In this document: piece by piece, positions 19,199-30,005 of the stretch
How the letters are laid out: every line of letters begins with the position of its first letter
Position numbering within the stretch: position 1 is the first letter of the stretch
IMG/VR virus record: IMGVR_UViG_3300042397_002774
Span: 64,001 to 128,000 of that record
Reading direction: 5' to 3' (one strand)
Origin: a virus
Length of the DNA stretch: 64,000 nucleotides
Made by a program: the position numbers and the translations under genes
The notes under the pieces: model-generated
The model's database searches: none
Told to the model about the DNA's origin: nothing
The model's input: only the letters and a program-made list of their open reading frames with translations

Positions 19199-20127
19199 TC
19201 TACGTCAAAGAAAAATAGGTGAAAGAATCTTGCATTTTCGATTGCATCTCCAAAATAACCTGTTGCTGCGTGGATTGTTTTTGAATCAAACATAACCAAT
19301 CTATTATAAACGTTTGCAACAGTATCTACTACTTCATATGTTGTTGAATCATAAAAATTCATATTGTTACTTAGCCCTTTGAAGGTATTAAAATAATCAT
19401 CACCTCTTGTTTCATCAAACCTAGTAGCACCTGTAATTTTGCTTTTATATGTGGCTGTACCTGTTTGAAGTGGGGCATCTGGTGTTAAGTACACCATTGC
19501 TGCATATGTTTGAGAATCAACATGGTAAACGATTGGATCTTGAGAAGTACAATATTGGAAAACACCATTTGCATATGATTCATAATTCCAATTTGTAATT
19601 TTTTTACCTAAAATTTCTTCAAATTTTTCTTTAGTACCATTTAAGATAAATCTGTCGTAACTACGTTTTCCTTTATGATAACCTGATTCTTTAAATTCTA
19701 AATTATTCATAGCATAATTTCTAACCCAATCAGGGTCACTATAGAAATTATCTACTACAACAATACCTTTTTTAGATACAGGGTCAAACCCTGAATGGTA
19801 AACTACCCATTTTTCAAATGTGTCTATGTTATTTACAACAGAGTTGTCTTGTAAGATAAGACTAACAGGTTTATTTAATTCCTGTTTTGTAAGAAGGATT
19901 TTAAATCCAATTTCTTCTGTTGGAATTTGAGGATAAAATTCCTTCACATCTGGTCTTGATTCAAATCCAGGAGAAATAATTTCCTCACCAATTAGAAATG
20001 CTTTAATAGGTTGTATTGGGTGAGATATCCACCCACTAATAGTACAAACATCGTTATTAATGACAACTTTGTCAATGTACCACAATACACCATCAACGTT
20101 GGTTAAATGATTAATATGATCGGCCAT
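19192..20127 (-). CDS. 2OG-Fe(II) oxygenase-like protein (DUF6445-like) with N-terminal accessory domain
   Basis: VVVDNFYSDPDWVR, YHVD (HxD), VYLTP, NRLVMFDSKTIHAA; N-terminal SGW...RPDV...GF module. Confidence 0.75.
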   Translation of the reverse strand: MADHINHLTNVDGVLWYIDKVVINNDVCTISGWISHPIQPIKAFLIGEEIISPGFESRPDVKEFYPQIPTEEIGFKILLTKQELNKPVSLILQDNSVVNNIDTFEKWVVYHSGFDPVSKKGIVVVDNFYSDPDWVRNYAMNNLEFKESGYHKGKRSYDRFILNGTKEKFEEILGKKITNWNYESYANGVFQYCTSQDPIVYHVDSQTYAAMVYLTPDAPLQTGTATYKSKITGATRFDETRGDDYFNTFKGLSNNMNFYDSTTYEVVDTVANVYNRLVMFDSKTIHAATGYFGDAIENARFFHLFFFDVEW

Positions 20128-20144
20128 AAAAGTAATTATTTTAT

Positions 20145-20176
20145 GGAATATACGATGAAACTATTTGATATCCAAA
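20145..20176 (-). promoter_or_regulatory. Host (Bacteroidota sigma-A)-like promoter of the modification cassette
   Basis: TTTG-N20-TATATTCC, resembling TTTG-N19-21-TANNTTTG with two mismatches; no ATATTTAT motif here. Confidence 0.4.
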
Positions 20177-20177
20177 T

Positions 20178-23100
20178 TTATTTATTATCTACTAGATAAT
20201 TTATTTGATTTTTTAGATCTTCGATTTGTTGTTGTTGTTCTTTCATACCCTCTACTAACAAAGCTACAAGTTTTTCATACTTAATAGTCTTGTATGTTTC
20301 AGACATTTCTGGTATAAAATCTTTAGCTTCATCTGGGTCATTACTCGGAGTATTTAATTGTGATTGATACTCAGTAATAAATAAAGGTTCTACAGCTTCA
20401 ACTTCTTGTGCAATAAGACCAATATCTTTAGTACCTGCTCTTTCTTTTACAATGTTTACTTTTTCATCATTCCATGTATAAGTAACACCTCTAAGTTGTT
20501 TAATTTTATTTATTGCATTATCAATTGTAATAATATCTTTCTTAAGTCTAGCATCTGAGTAATAGGCAATAACATCACCTGTTGCATATAAAGTACCTGT
20601 TATAACTACACCATCACTAGCTGTTCTAAATTTTTCATTACCGTTATTGTATAGGTATTGAGCAGCATCTACATATGTAAGTATTGACCAGTTATTTAAC
20701 CAAAATCCTGTAGGCCCAGACGCACCATTTGTATGCATCATTAGACACATACCACCATCTACTCTCCAACCAGAATATCCGTTATTACTACCACCCATAT
20801 ACCATGAAGTATATGAACTTGTATTTCTATGTAAGTATTTATTATTATCATTATAATCATAAAAGGTTCCAGCATACATTCCAGCACCTGTTAACCAGTT
20901 ACCAGAATCATCACACCAAGATCCCCAACTACTTGATTGATTTAAGAAACCAATTCGATTTGAGTTACAATGAAGTTCTCTAGTACCTTCATCACTATCA
21001 GTCATATAAATTGATGATGCATTTGTACCTAATCCTACAGTTAGATTACCATACATGTATGAATGTCTAGATGAATCTAATCTAATACCCCAAGAACCAG
21101 CATTATTTAGTATTCCAACATTATTACCTGTATCAGCATAAAAGCATCCTCTAACAGCACTACCATAACCACCAGGTCTCATATTAAGCTGTATCCAAGA
21201 ACCATTAGATGTAGCAAAATTCCACTCACCAGTAGATGATGCATAAAAATGGGTATCAAGGGCGGTGTTATATAAACCTGAGCCAGAATTCTGATTTCTA
21301 AACCAACCATTATTGTATACGTTTGCAAATGTTGGACCACTATCGGTTCTAACTTCTTGGTTCATATTTGCAGCATTTGGATCTGACGCTGTGTTTAATA
21401 ATCTTCTCCAAGAAGTCCATGAAGTTCTACCATGGTTTGCTTCAGACCTAACCCAAAGATTTGTTCCAGTTCCACCATCATAATGTCCACCAAGTTGATA
21501 CATATTATAACCATTGTAACCAGACCATGTAATAACATGATTCCAACCACCACTACCTGTATAACTAGGGTGCATAAAATCAACTCTTAATCCTCCACCT
21601 GCTAAACCTTGATCTACTAAATTAACAGGAGTTTCAGAAGTTAAATAACTACCATATTCATAATAAGCTCTAAGATATTGACCGCTTGTGTCTTTTCTTG
21701 AAAAAGAAGATGCGTGTAAACTATCTACTGTATCTGCATTTGATACAGATTGAGATCCTATATTGCCAGAGTCAATTACATCATGCCAAGTACCAGAACC
21801 TCTATATTGCTTAAATCTACCTTCTGCCCAAAAGTTACCACCACCATTAGCATAGTAATCACCGTTTGTAATAATGCGGTAGTTAGTATTAATAGCCTGA
21901 CCAACACTTAAATAATCAGCATGTATGTGGTATACTCTAGAAGTACTATTTGGGTCTACATAATATCCTGTATCTTGTTTATCATAAAATATATTAGCAC
22001 GGATATCATTTGTGTTAATCTGGCTTCCATCATTAACTGTTAATTGAGCATTAAAATAGAAGTTTGATCTATCAGTATATATATGAGCATGACCGCTATT
22101 AGCTGGTCCAAACCAAATATAACCGGAGTCCGTATAAAATCTTACACCCCATGTACCGTCTCCAGTAAATCTTCCACTGTTTGTTGAAGTGCCAAATCTA
22201 ACTGTATGTAATACAGATGTACCATTAGGATCTGCATAATAAGCTGTGTCTTGTGAATCATAAAATATAGGAGCTCTTACAGAATCTACACCTTGCAAAT
22301 AATTTGCATAAGCATAACCTACAATATTACCATTAACCATAAAAGCTAATGGGTGGTTGGAATAAGTACCTATTCTACCAACTCCTTGACCTGTATGAGA
22401 ATACATTGTAGTAATAATTCCATCACTATTACTTTTAACATCAAGTCTAGCATGACTAGAACCTGTTAAATTTAATCTAGCATTCCATCCTCCATCATTA
22501 GATGCATTTACATCACCCACAGAAAGATGTCTTAACCAGGAAGTGCTTGCAAAATCTCCATAATATGTACTATCATTTCCATCATAAATTATATTAGCAT
22601 ATATAGTACCAGCATATGTTGTAGAATCTAAATAAATTGTATTTCCTACAGGATTTAATCTTAATGCTTGTCCTGAATGAGATTGGACATAGGAATATGA
22701 ACCATTATTACCTATTGATATTGTAAAGTTATTTACACTACCTGGGTTTGTAGTGCCTCTTAAAAATCTACTATCAGCATCTGATGTGCTATATGTGTAT
22801 GAAGTATAGTTACCTGAATGTAATAATGTTCTTGATGTTGATCCATCATAAAAAGCTCCTCCACCATATATATATGTACTACCAGTTCCTTTAATATATG
22901 TACCTAACCCACTGTTACCATTGTACCCAAAAGAATCAGACTGGCCAGAAAAGTTAATTGCTGTACCACTAGATACTGTGGTAATAATACCAGACATAGT
23001 ACCTCCAGAAAGAGGCAATGCATATGATGAATAGTTACCTGCGTGTAATACTATATTACCATTGTATGTCATATTCCCAGTATTGGGAATAATAAAATCT

Positions 23101-24569
23101 GTACCACCTGTAGTAGTAATACGCATTCTGTTACCAGATTGCATTCTAAACCAACTATCAGTACCATCAAAATCTATTAATGCACGACCTATTGTAGCAC
23201 TTGTACTAAATGTAACAGCTGTAGATGTACTAGCCCCTCTAGCAGTAACAGTAGCTAATGTATCAACATAAACATTTGGACCTGCTGCACCTTGTGCACC
23301 AGTATTACCTTGAGGACCTGCTACTGATGAAGCAGCACCAGTATTACCTTGTGCACCAGTAGCGCCTTGTGCACCCGTTGCACCTTGGGCTCCATTTGAA
23401 CCATTAGTTCCGTTTGTACCAGCTGTGCCTTGTAAGCCTGTCGCTCCTTGAGCTCCATTAGTACCATTAGTTCCGTTTGTACCAGCTGTGCCTTGGTCGC
23501 CTTTAAAGCCTTGGAAGCCTCTGTCACCTTGGTCTCCTTTGAATCCTCTGTCGCCTTGATCGCCTTTGAAGCCTTGAAAGCCTCTATCGCCTTGAAAACC
23601 TTGAGATCCTTTATCACCTTGAGAACCTTGACGTCCTTGATCGCCTTGAGCGCCTTGTCTTCCTTGATCACCTTGGAAACCTTGGAAACCCCTAACTCCC
23701 TGATCGCCTTGAAAGCCTCTAGGGCCTTGATCGCCTTGATTTCCTTGAGAACCAGTTGCACCTTGTGCACCAGTACTACCTTGAGCACCTGTAGAACCTT
23801 GGATACCTTGAACAGACATATCTGTTGTAAATGACCAAGTTCCTCCACTACGTAAATACAATTTACCATAGTCAGGATCTGATTGTGAAAGTGAGCCTCC
23901 TACTAATCCGAATTGACCTTCGGGGCAAGTATTGTCTGCTAATAATGCAGCTACTGAGTTGTATGTTTGATAGATTGTGAATCCTTGGCCTGTTATGCCT
24001 TGATAACCTTGGTCGCCTTTAGCACCTTGAGGTCCTGTAGAACCTTGTGCACCGACTGTGCCTTGAATGCCTTGTGGGCCTTGATTTCCTTGATCACCTT
24101 TAGCACCTTGGAAACCTTGATCGCCTTGGTCACCCTTAGCGCCCTGAATGCCTTGATCGCCTTGATATCCCTGATCGCCTTGGAAGCCTTGTATTCCTTG
24201 GTCACCTTGGGCTCCTTGAATGCCTTGGTCGCCTTGGAAACCTTGGTCGCCTTGAAAGCCTTGATCACCTTTAGTACCCTGAATGCCTTGAAATCCTTGG
24301 TCACCCTTAGTGCCTTGACGTCCCTGATCACCTTGAGCTCCATCAGCTCCAACATAACCATCTTGTCCTTGAAAACCTTGGATGCCTTGTGGGCCTTGTG
24401 GACCTTGGTTACCCTGTGATCCTCTTGAAGTATAGTATATCTCCTTAGTACTTTCATTAAGTACTAAATATTTGTCTAATGAACCTGATGTGTCTTGGGG
24501 AACTACAGGTAGTCTAAAACTACCTGATACTTCTAATGAACCTGTAACTGACGCGTTGTGTATTCTCAT
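20178..24569 (-). CDS. Collagen-like fibre with beta-rich distal domains and S74 chaperone, 1463 aa
   Basis: Gly-X-Y tracts at ~23280-24420; repeated IFYD..DT.YY.DPN.TS modules; YSDARLKKDI...IGLIAQEV...LLVEGMKEQQ. Confidence 0.85.
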   Translation of the reverse strand: MRIHNASVTGSLEVSGSFRLPVVPQDTSGSLDKYLVLNESTKEIYYTSRGSQGNQGPQGPQGIQGFQGQDGYVGADGAQGDQGRQGTKGDQGFQGIQGTKGDQGFQGDQGFQGDQGIQGAQGDQGIQGFQGDQGYQGDQGIQGAKGDQGDQGFQGAKGDQGNQGPQGIQGTVGAQGSTGPQGAKGDQGYQGITGQGFTIYQTYNSVAALLADNTCPEGQFGLVGGSLSQSDPDYGKLYLRSGGTWSFTTDMSVQGIQGSTGAQGSTGAQGATGSQGNQGDQGPRGFQGDQGVRGFQGFQGDQGRQGAQGDQGRQGSQGDKGSQGFQGDRGFQGFKGDQGDRGFKGDQGDRGFQGFKGDQGTAGTNGTNGTNGAQGATGLQGTAGTNGTNGSNGAQGATGAQGATGAQGNTGAASSVAGPQGNTGAQGAAGPNVYVDTLATVTARGASTSTAVTFSTSATIGRALIDFDGTDSWFRMQSGNRMRITTTGGTDFIIPNTGNMTYNGNIVLHAGNYSSYALPLSGGTMSGIITTVSSGTAINFSGQSDSFGYNGNSGLGTYIKGTGSTYIYGGGAFYDGSTSRTLLHSGNYTSYTYSTSDADSRFLRGTTNPGSVNNFTISIGNNGSYSYVQSHSGQALRLNPVGNTIYLDSTTYAGTIYANIIYDGNDSTYYGDFASTSWLRHLSVGDVNASNDGGWNARLNLTGSSHARLDVKSNSDGIITTMYSHTGQGVGRIGTYSNHPLAFMVNGNIVGYAYANYLQGVDSVRAPIFYDSQDTAYYADPNGTSVLHTVRFGTSTNSGRFTGDGTWGVRFYTDSGYIWFGPANSGHAHIYTDRSNFYFNAQLTVNDGSQINTNDIRANIFYDKQDTGYYVDPNSTSRVYHIHADYLSVGQAINTNYRIITNGDYYANGGGNFWAEGRFKQYRGSGTWHDVIDSGNIGSQSVSNADTVDSLHASSFSRKDTSGQYLRAYYEYGSYLTSETPVNLVDQGLAGGGLRVDFMHPSYTGSGGWNHVITWSGYNGYNMYQLGGHYDGGTGTNLWVRSEANHGRTSWTSWRRLLNTASDPNAANMNQEVRTDSGPTFANVYNNGWFRNQNSGSGLYNTALDTHFYASSTGEWNFATSNGSWIQLNMRPGGYGSAVRGCFYADTGNNVGILNNAGSWGIRLDSSRHSYMYGNLTVGLGTNASSIYMTDSDEGTRELHCNSNRIGFLNQSSSWGSWCDDSGNWLTGAGMYAGTFYDYNDNNKYLHRNTSSYTSWYMGGSNNGYSGWRVDGGMCLMMHTNGASGPTGFWLNNWSILTYVDAAQYLYNNGNEKFRTASDGVVITGTLYATGDVIAYYSDARLKKDIITIDNAINKIKQLRGVTYTWNDEKVNIVKERAGTKDIGLIAQEVEAVEPLFITEYQSQLNTPSNDPDEAKDFIPEMSETYKTIKYEKLVALLVEGMKEQQQQIEDLKNQINYLVDNK

Positions 24570-24593
24570 TATATTATATCGGGGTTATTCTGA

Positions 24594-24601
24594 TATAAAT
24601 A
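24594..24601 (-). promoter_or_regulatory. Putative late promoter motif
   Basis: ATATTTATA upstream of 24569. Confidence 0.6.
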
Positions 24602-24648
24602 TTGAGATATACTTGCTCTTAAATGTTAGTTAACAAATAATATTATTT

Positions 24649-25029
24649 TTAACAGATGTATGAACAATACCCAACAACACTTCCTGGGGTTCCGTTACTA
24701 AAGGAAACAATTTCTGCATTAAGATTAAATGTTCCATTAAGTGGGGTAGAACCAATACTATTACCTCTTAACCACCTACCTGTAGTTGTTTGGTAAACAG
24801 TTATAACCTCATTACAACCACAATACCAATCACCAAATGATTGATATGAATCTAATGCTGTAGCTGTTACACCATTCATAGATTCTGATGAATATCCATA
24901 AAATTCACTCATAGCATCTGGTGTTGAGAAACCAGCAGCCGCGCTTAGTGTTCTAAGACTGTTTGAACTAGATCCTAATTCGGTTTTTATTTGTGATATG
25001 CTTATTGCTCCTGATGATTGTAGTGCCAT
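24649..25029 (-). CDS. Small fibre-tip-associated protein
   Basis: MALQSSGAISISQIKTELG...MSEFYG N-terminus typical of fibre-distal partners; Cys-containing C-terminus. Confidence 0.65.
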   Translation of the reverse strand: MALQSSGAISISQIKTELGSSSNSLRTLSAAAGFSTPDAMSEFYGYSSESMNGVTATALDSYQSFGDWYCGCNEVITVYQTTTGRWLRGNSIGSTPLNGTFNLNAEIVSFSNGTPGSVVGYCSYIC

Positions 25030-25032
25030 GAG

Positions 25033-25040
25033 TATAAATA
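25033..25040 (-). promoter_or_regulatory. Putative late promoter motif (only 3 nt from ATG)
   Basis: ATATTTATA-CTC-ATG. Confidence 0.45.
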
Positions 25041-25307
25041 TTAAGGTTTTGGTATTGAATCTTTTACATTTTTAATAGCATTAAACCAAATACCATCTGT
25101 TGTGATACTACCACTAGTATTCAACTCATGCCATAACATATCTAATTGATTTGATAATTTTGGATAGATTTGTTCTCTATCTCTTTGATACTGAGTGTCA
25201 TAAACTTGTTGTAAGCCTGTAAAAAATCCAAATCTTTGTATTTCTGTATAAGGTGTTCCATCCATTGGATTTATTAATTCTGTTCCATCATCTAAAGGGT
25301 GTGTCAT
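25041..25307 (-). CDS. Tail fibre assembly chaperone-like protein
   Basis: YQRDR..IYPKLSNQLDMLWH...WFNAIKNVKDSIPKP. Confidence 0.6.
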   Translation of the reverse strand: MTHPLDDGTELINPMDGTPYTEIQRFGFFTGLQQVYDTQYQRDREQIYPKLSNQLDMLWHELNTSGSITTDGIWFNAIKNVKDSIPKP

Positions 25308-25315
25308 ATTATTAA

Positions 25316-25762
25316 TTATTTAATTCTTGTTAAAACTGATGAAGTCATAGTTACTGTGTGTTCAACTAATACATTAAAATAAAAGGTACCACTATCTCCT
25401 GATGTGTTATTAAATTGTAAATAATTATGATCTACATTACTAGGATTTTGATAATTGGAGCATGAATATCCTCCCCAATCAGATTCTAATATATTAGAGT
25501 AAGAGGTTCCATATCTAGATGTTGTAAAACTAAATATACCAAAGGTCCAAGATGTAGCTGATCTTACTGCCATAAAATATACAGTACCTATCATTCTAAC
25601 ATATCCTGTTAGGTTACCTATTAAGTTAATAGAAGAGCCATTTGAAATAAATGAATTTCCAGCATATTCAAGCATTGCATAATTACCATTAGTATGTATT
25701 ATATTTGAACTAATAGAATTAGCACTTAATGTTGGTGCAGTTGTTGCTTGTAAATTTGCCAT
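25316..25762 (-). CDS. Paralogous fibre-associated protein C, 148 aa
   Basis: MANLQATT...TSSVLTRIK. Confidence 0.7.
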   Translation of the reverse strand: MANLQATTAPTLSANSISSNIIHTNGNYAMLEYAGNSFISNGSSINLIGNLTGYVRMIGTVYFMAVRSATSWTFGIFSFTTSRYGTSYSNILESDWGGYSCSNYQNPSNVDHNYLQFNNTSGDSGTFYFNVLVEHTVTMTSSVLTRIK

Positions 25763-25763
25763 T

Positions 25764-26237
25764 TTATCTTATTCTTTCTGTTAAATATGATGATGAAAAA
25801 GATGCTCCACCTAACCCAGTCCATCTTACATTAAAATAATAATTTCCATTTCCCCATTCAGTATTTACGGTGTTCGTAAATCTAATAAAATTTGTTCCAT
25901 AACTTGGATTATGTCTTGATAATGAAAAATATCCAGACGAATCAGTTAATATAGAAGTACTTAAACCATATTCTGATAATTGAAAATAGAATTGTCCAGT
26001 TTGAAATTGAGATTGATTTACCCACCATCTAACAATCCCATACATCCTTTCATGAGCACCCACATTAGCAAACAAATCAACATAATTGGTTGCACTATTA
26101 ACGGAACTTGGTATAAAAGCAGTACCTACAAATTCTCTTAAAACTTGTGAAGAATTTGTATGTAAAATTTTTGGGGATTGGTAACTTGTTGTAGCAGTTA
26201 ATGTACCATTTACTGTTGTAGCTTGTAAAGTTGCCAT
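25764..26237 (-). CDS. Paralogous fibre-associated protein B, 157 aa
   Basis: MATLQATT...SSSYLTERIR. Confidence 0.7.
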   Translation of the reverse strand: MATLQATTVNGTLTATTSYQSPKILHTNSSQVLREFVGTAFIPSSVNSATNYVDLFANVGAHERMYGIVRWWVNQSQFQTGQFYFQLSEYGLSTSILTDSSGYFSLSRHNPSYGTNFIRFTNTVNTEWGNGNYYFNVRWTGLGGASFSSSYLTERIR

Positions 26238-26238
26238 A

Positions 26239-26706
26239 TTAGTTAATTCTTGTTAAAACTGATGAAGTTATACTATTCTTAGAGTTTCCAGTAAAGGCAG
26301 TTACATTTACATGATAGTTTCCAAAAGCCCAAGGGGCATTATAGTTATTAGTTATTCTTAAATAAGAATTATTTCCACTTGTCCATGTTGAAACTCCCAT
26401 CAACCCATCCCAAGTTACACCAGTAGCAATTTTTAACCCATATAAGGATAATGCAAACCAAAAATCATGAGCTGTATTATAAGATTGGTTTGCAGGGATA
26501 GATACATATCCATTTATCCATGCATATCCATTTGTATTTACAAGTATATCAGCATAATTATTTACTGGGTCAACATTTGGGGTTTGTATACCTACATATC
26601 CAGCCCATTGTTGAATACTACTTGTAGATTCATTTAATACAGTACTAGCAGAAATAGATGTTGTAGCATTAAATGTTGTTACTGTAGTTGTTTGGAGATT
26701 AGCCAT
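26239..26706 (-). CDS. Paralogous fibre-associated protein A, 155 aa
   Basis: MANLQTTT...TSSVLTRIN; translationally coupled to the upstream fibre. Confidence 0.7.
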   Translation of the reverse strand: MANLQTTTVTTFNATTSISASTVLNESTSSIQQWAGYVGIQTPNVDPVNNYADILVNTNGYAWINGYVSIPANQSYNTAHDFWFALSLYGLKIATGVTWDGLMGVSTWTSGNNSYLRITNNYNAPWAFGNYHVNVTAFTGNSKNSITSSVLTRIN

Positions 26707-29700
26707 TACTTAGAATTTAAAACATTTATTTGTTGTTGTAAATCTTTTATTGCTTCAATTAATACTGCTGTTATTCTACCATAAGAAACTGAATCTGGTT
26801 CTCCTTCATTGTTTTTAAGAACAACATCAGGTAAAATTTCATATACTTCTTCTGCTATTAAACCTAATTCTTTTAAACCTGTATCTTTTTTAGTATAAGA
26901 TACACCTCTCATTTGAAGTACTTTATCTAAACCATATTCTATAGTTTTAACATTTTCTTTATATCTTATAGATGAATTTTCGGTTAAAGTTCCTAAAACA
27001 GTAACATTTGAATTATTATGAGCTCTTAATGAATTTAAAAACTGTGCATATTTGGCAGTACCCCCACCATTATATATTGCCCTAAAAAATTCAGTACTTT
27101 GACTATCATAAATCACAAAATCATCAAAATCTGCTTTTAAATAGTAATCCCATGCACTTTGAGTTCTATATCGTATATATTGATTTGAAGTACTTCCTAA
27201 TTGTATATTACCAACAACATGAAGTCTTTCTGCGGGGGATGTAGTGTTTATACCAACATTCCCATCATTTGATATAATTCCTAAATATGATCCTGCACTT
27301 CCTCTCCATTGTAATATATTTGAACCTGCGTTTTGTTGTTGTAGTTCTAAAACAGGTTGTCCTGTGCCTGAGGCATTAACAATGTGTAATTCTCCTAATG
27401 GACTTGTAGTGCCTATACCAACATTACCATTTGTTTTAATCATTACAATACCTGAACCAGTTGAAGAATCAAATCTGATATCGTTTGCTACTCCAGTTGA
27501 ACCAATATGTATGACATTTGTACCTGAGTCCTGTCCAATAATCCAATGTTGTGATAATCCTGCTCTAAGTGCAGCATCTTGATTTATTAATATAGATCCA
27601 CGAACGTCAAGTCTTTCTAGAGGAGATGTGGTACCTATACCAACGTTACCGTTTTGTAATAGTGTTAAAACAGAAGTGGATGTATCTGAATTTATAAATC
27701 TAAAGTCATTAGTTCCGTTTTGGTTATAATCATTAAGTAATGTCCATCTTGGAGTTGTACCACTTGCTACACCATTCAAAAAGTCTATTCTTGTAGCTCT
27801 ATTAGTAGCACCAGTACCTGCTAGTAATCTAACACCTGCTTGTCCTGTATCTGTGGTAAGATAAATAACAGAGTTCGCACCACTACTTCTATTAATTGTC
27901 AAAGCTTGAGATGGATCTGTAGTACCTATACCAACATTGCCACCATTTGGTTGCAAAGAAAGATTGTAATTTGTAGAATAATCTGTTGTATTTCTTGATT
28001 GTAACCAACTATAAGGATCACCAAAACCAATATCTAAAACACCATTTCCTGCAGTTTGACCAAATCTAGCTATACCATTTTGAGTACTTCCTGAAGTTGA
28101 AGGTGCACCAAATAATCCCCTAACATGAAGTGTAGAAGATGGTGTAGTTGTACCCATACCAACATTACCACCAAATGGATTCATCCATATGACTGGATTT
28201 TTGTTGTCTGCATTTCGCATATCAATAGCCATTACTTCTGTAAGACCATAATCTGTATCTGCTCCCCAAGTCGTAACACTAAATCCTATTTTACCTGTAG
28301 AATTATAAGATGGAGATGCAGCACCTGTTATTCTACCTGCTATTCTACTTGATCCTCCTGTAAATCCAAGATTTAATGTACCTGTTCCTGAGCTATTAGA
28401 ATTTATAACTCCTGCTACATCTAATCTATACCCAGGTGATGCAGTACCAACACCAACATTACCATTAGTTCCATCTATTGCAATACCTAAATTTGCACCT
28501 CTTAAATGTAAATCTGCATATGTTCCACCTGTTTGTTTATATGAAACTATTTGAGCTGTTGAACTTTGTTCTTGTATAACAATTCCAACAGTAGTCATAT
28601 CAAATGCTGCTTGCCCCATTACATGTAATGTTCTAGCAGGAGATGTAGTACCTATACCAACATTACCATCATTTTGTAATACTAAAACAGATCCACTAGT
28701 AATAGCAGACATATCTGAGTTAGTACTTCTAAATCTTAATTGATTTGGTCCATAATCAATAAATGCATTTTGGGTACCGTGTGATAAAAGATCTAGTTCT
28801 GCTGATCCATTAGATGCTGTAGCATTTAATCTTAAACCAACATTAGTAGAGCGAACTATATGAAGACTAGTAGCTGGAGAAGTAGTACCTATGCCAATAT
28901 CACCTGAAGTGTCTATATAAATTTTATTACTATCCCCACCTGTTGCAAGTGCTAGTGCCCCTGTTGATTGTAGCTGCGTATATACATTCCCACCACCATA
29001 AGAAGGATTTAATGTAAAAGAAAGTGTACCTCTATTAAATTGAGCATACCCACCAACACTTATGTAAGTACTTAAATCTTGTACAATACTATCTCCTATT
29101 GTACTTGAACTTGTAAATTTAGATAAATATCCTTGAGTACCTGATACTCCAGGTCCTGCAGGGCCTTGATTACCTTGAGCACCTGTAGGGCCTTGATTAC
29201 CTTGAGCACCTGTTGTTCCTTGAATACCAGTTGCACCTTGAGGACCAGTTGGTCCTTGGTTACCCTGTTGTCCTGTAGGTCCTTGGTTACCTTGAGCGCC
29301 TGTTGTTCCTTGAGGACCTATAGGGCCTTGATTGCCTTGAGCACCTATAGAACCTTGTATACCAGTTGCACCTTGAAATCCAGTTACACCTTGTACTCCT
29401 TGAGCACCTTGTGCACCTACGGCTCCGCTTAGATTTATATTCCAGGCTGTACCTGAGCCAAGCGTTCCATTGCTTGTTGTTGCAATGCTTAGAGCACCCG
29501 TTCCACTATTATAAGTCCTTACTCTAGCAAAGAAAAAAATTGCGCTATCTGCTTGGCTTGTTAATACTATACTTTGATTCACAACGTAGGACAATCCTGT
29601 ATCAACTGTAATATTTGTTATAGAACCAACGGAAATACCTGAATTCCAACTAAAGGCCGATGTAGTAGTAAACTGAACTGATGCTCCTTGGGCTCCATTT

Positions 29701-30005
29701 GAACCTGCCGCACCTTGAGAACCAGTTGCACCTTGAGGACCAACTGCAGCAACACCATTTACCAAAATTGAACCTGATATATTTACTGAACCAGTAAATT
29801 GATGTGTATCATCAGCACTATCACCAAACTTTGTTGAGCCTGATGTATATAGTATTGATGATGATACTATTTCTGAATGGTATTCTTGTGCAGTTAATCT
29901 ACCTTGTACGGTTAAATCTCCTGTTAATGAACCTGATCCTGAAACTGCAATGTCACCAGCTGCAGTTAATAGAGATGCAAGGATTGTATTTTTACTTTTG
30001 GCCAT
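26706..30005 (-). CDS. Fibre protein with short collagen tract, [10 protein letters not shown] repeats and S74 chaperone, 1099 aa
   Basis: About eight G(N/D)(V/I)G(I/V/M)(G/N)T.(S/T/D)P repeats; [10 protein letters not shown]...LGLIAEEV...LIEAIKDL. Confidence 0.85.
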   Translation of the reverse strand: MAKSKNTILASLLTAAGDIAVSGSGSLTGDLTVQGRLTAQEYHSEIVSSSILYTSGSTKFGDSADDTHQFTGSVNISGSILVNGVAAVGPQGATGSQGAAGSNGAQGASVQFTTTSAFSWNSGISVGSITNITVDTGLSYVVNQSIVLTSQADSAIFFFARVRTYNSGTGALSIATTSNGTLGSGTAWNINLSGAVGAQGAQGVQGVTGFQGATGIQGSIGAQGNQGPIGPQGTTGAQGNQGPTGQQGNQGPTGPQGATGIQGTTGAQGNQGPTGAQGNQGPAGPGVSGTQGYLSKFTSSSTIGDSIVQDLSTYISVGGYAQFNRGTLSFTLNPSYGGGNVYTQLQSTGALALATGGDSNKIYIDTSGDIGIGTTSPATSLHIVRSTNVGLRLNATASNGSAELDLLSHGTQNAFIDYGPNQLRFRSTNSDMSAITSGSVLVLQNDGNVGIGTTSPARTLHVMGQAAFDMTTVGIVIQEQSSTAQIVSYKQTGGTYADLHLRGANLGIAIDGTNGNVGVGTASPGYRLDVAGVINSNSSGTGTLNLGFTGGSSRIAGRITGAASPSYNSTGKIGFSVTTWGADTDYGLTEVMAIDMRNADNKNPVIWMNPFGGNVGMGTTTPSSTLHVRGLFGAPSTSGSTQNGIARFGQTAGNGVLDIGFGDPYSWLQSRNTTDYSTNYNLSLQPNGGNVGIGTTDPSQALTINRSSGANSVIYLTTDTGQAGVRLLAGTGATNRATRIDFLNGVASGTTPRWTLLNDYNQNGTNDFRFINSDTSTSVLTLLQNGNVGIGTTSPLERLDVRGSILINQDAALRAGLSQHWIIGQDSGTNVIHIGSTGVANDIRFDSSTGSGIVMIKTNGNVGIGTTSPLGELHIVNASGTGQPVLELQQQNAGSNILQWRGSAGSYLGIISNDGNVGINTTSPAERLHVVGNIQLGSTSNQYIRYRTQSAWDYYLKADFDDFVIYDSQSTEFFRAIYNGGGTAKYAQFLNSLRAHNNSNVTVLGTLTENSSIRYKENVKTIEYGLDKVLQMRGVSYTKKDTGLKELGLIAEEVYEILPDVVLKNNEGEPDSVSYGRITAVLIEAIKDLQQQINVLNSK

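Noticed and set aside
16198-20127. Cassette as a DNA hypermodification (TET/JBP plus GT) system
   Set aside because: Not favoured: the oxygenases look PKHD/DUF6445-like and the context is purely structural. It cannot be excluded without nucleoside analysis.
25316-26706. Invertible shufflon among the paralogs
   Set aside because: All copies are co-oriented with their own starts; no inverted repeats or recombinase seen.
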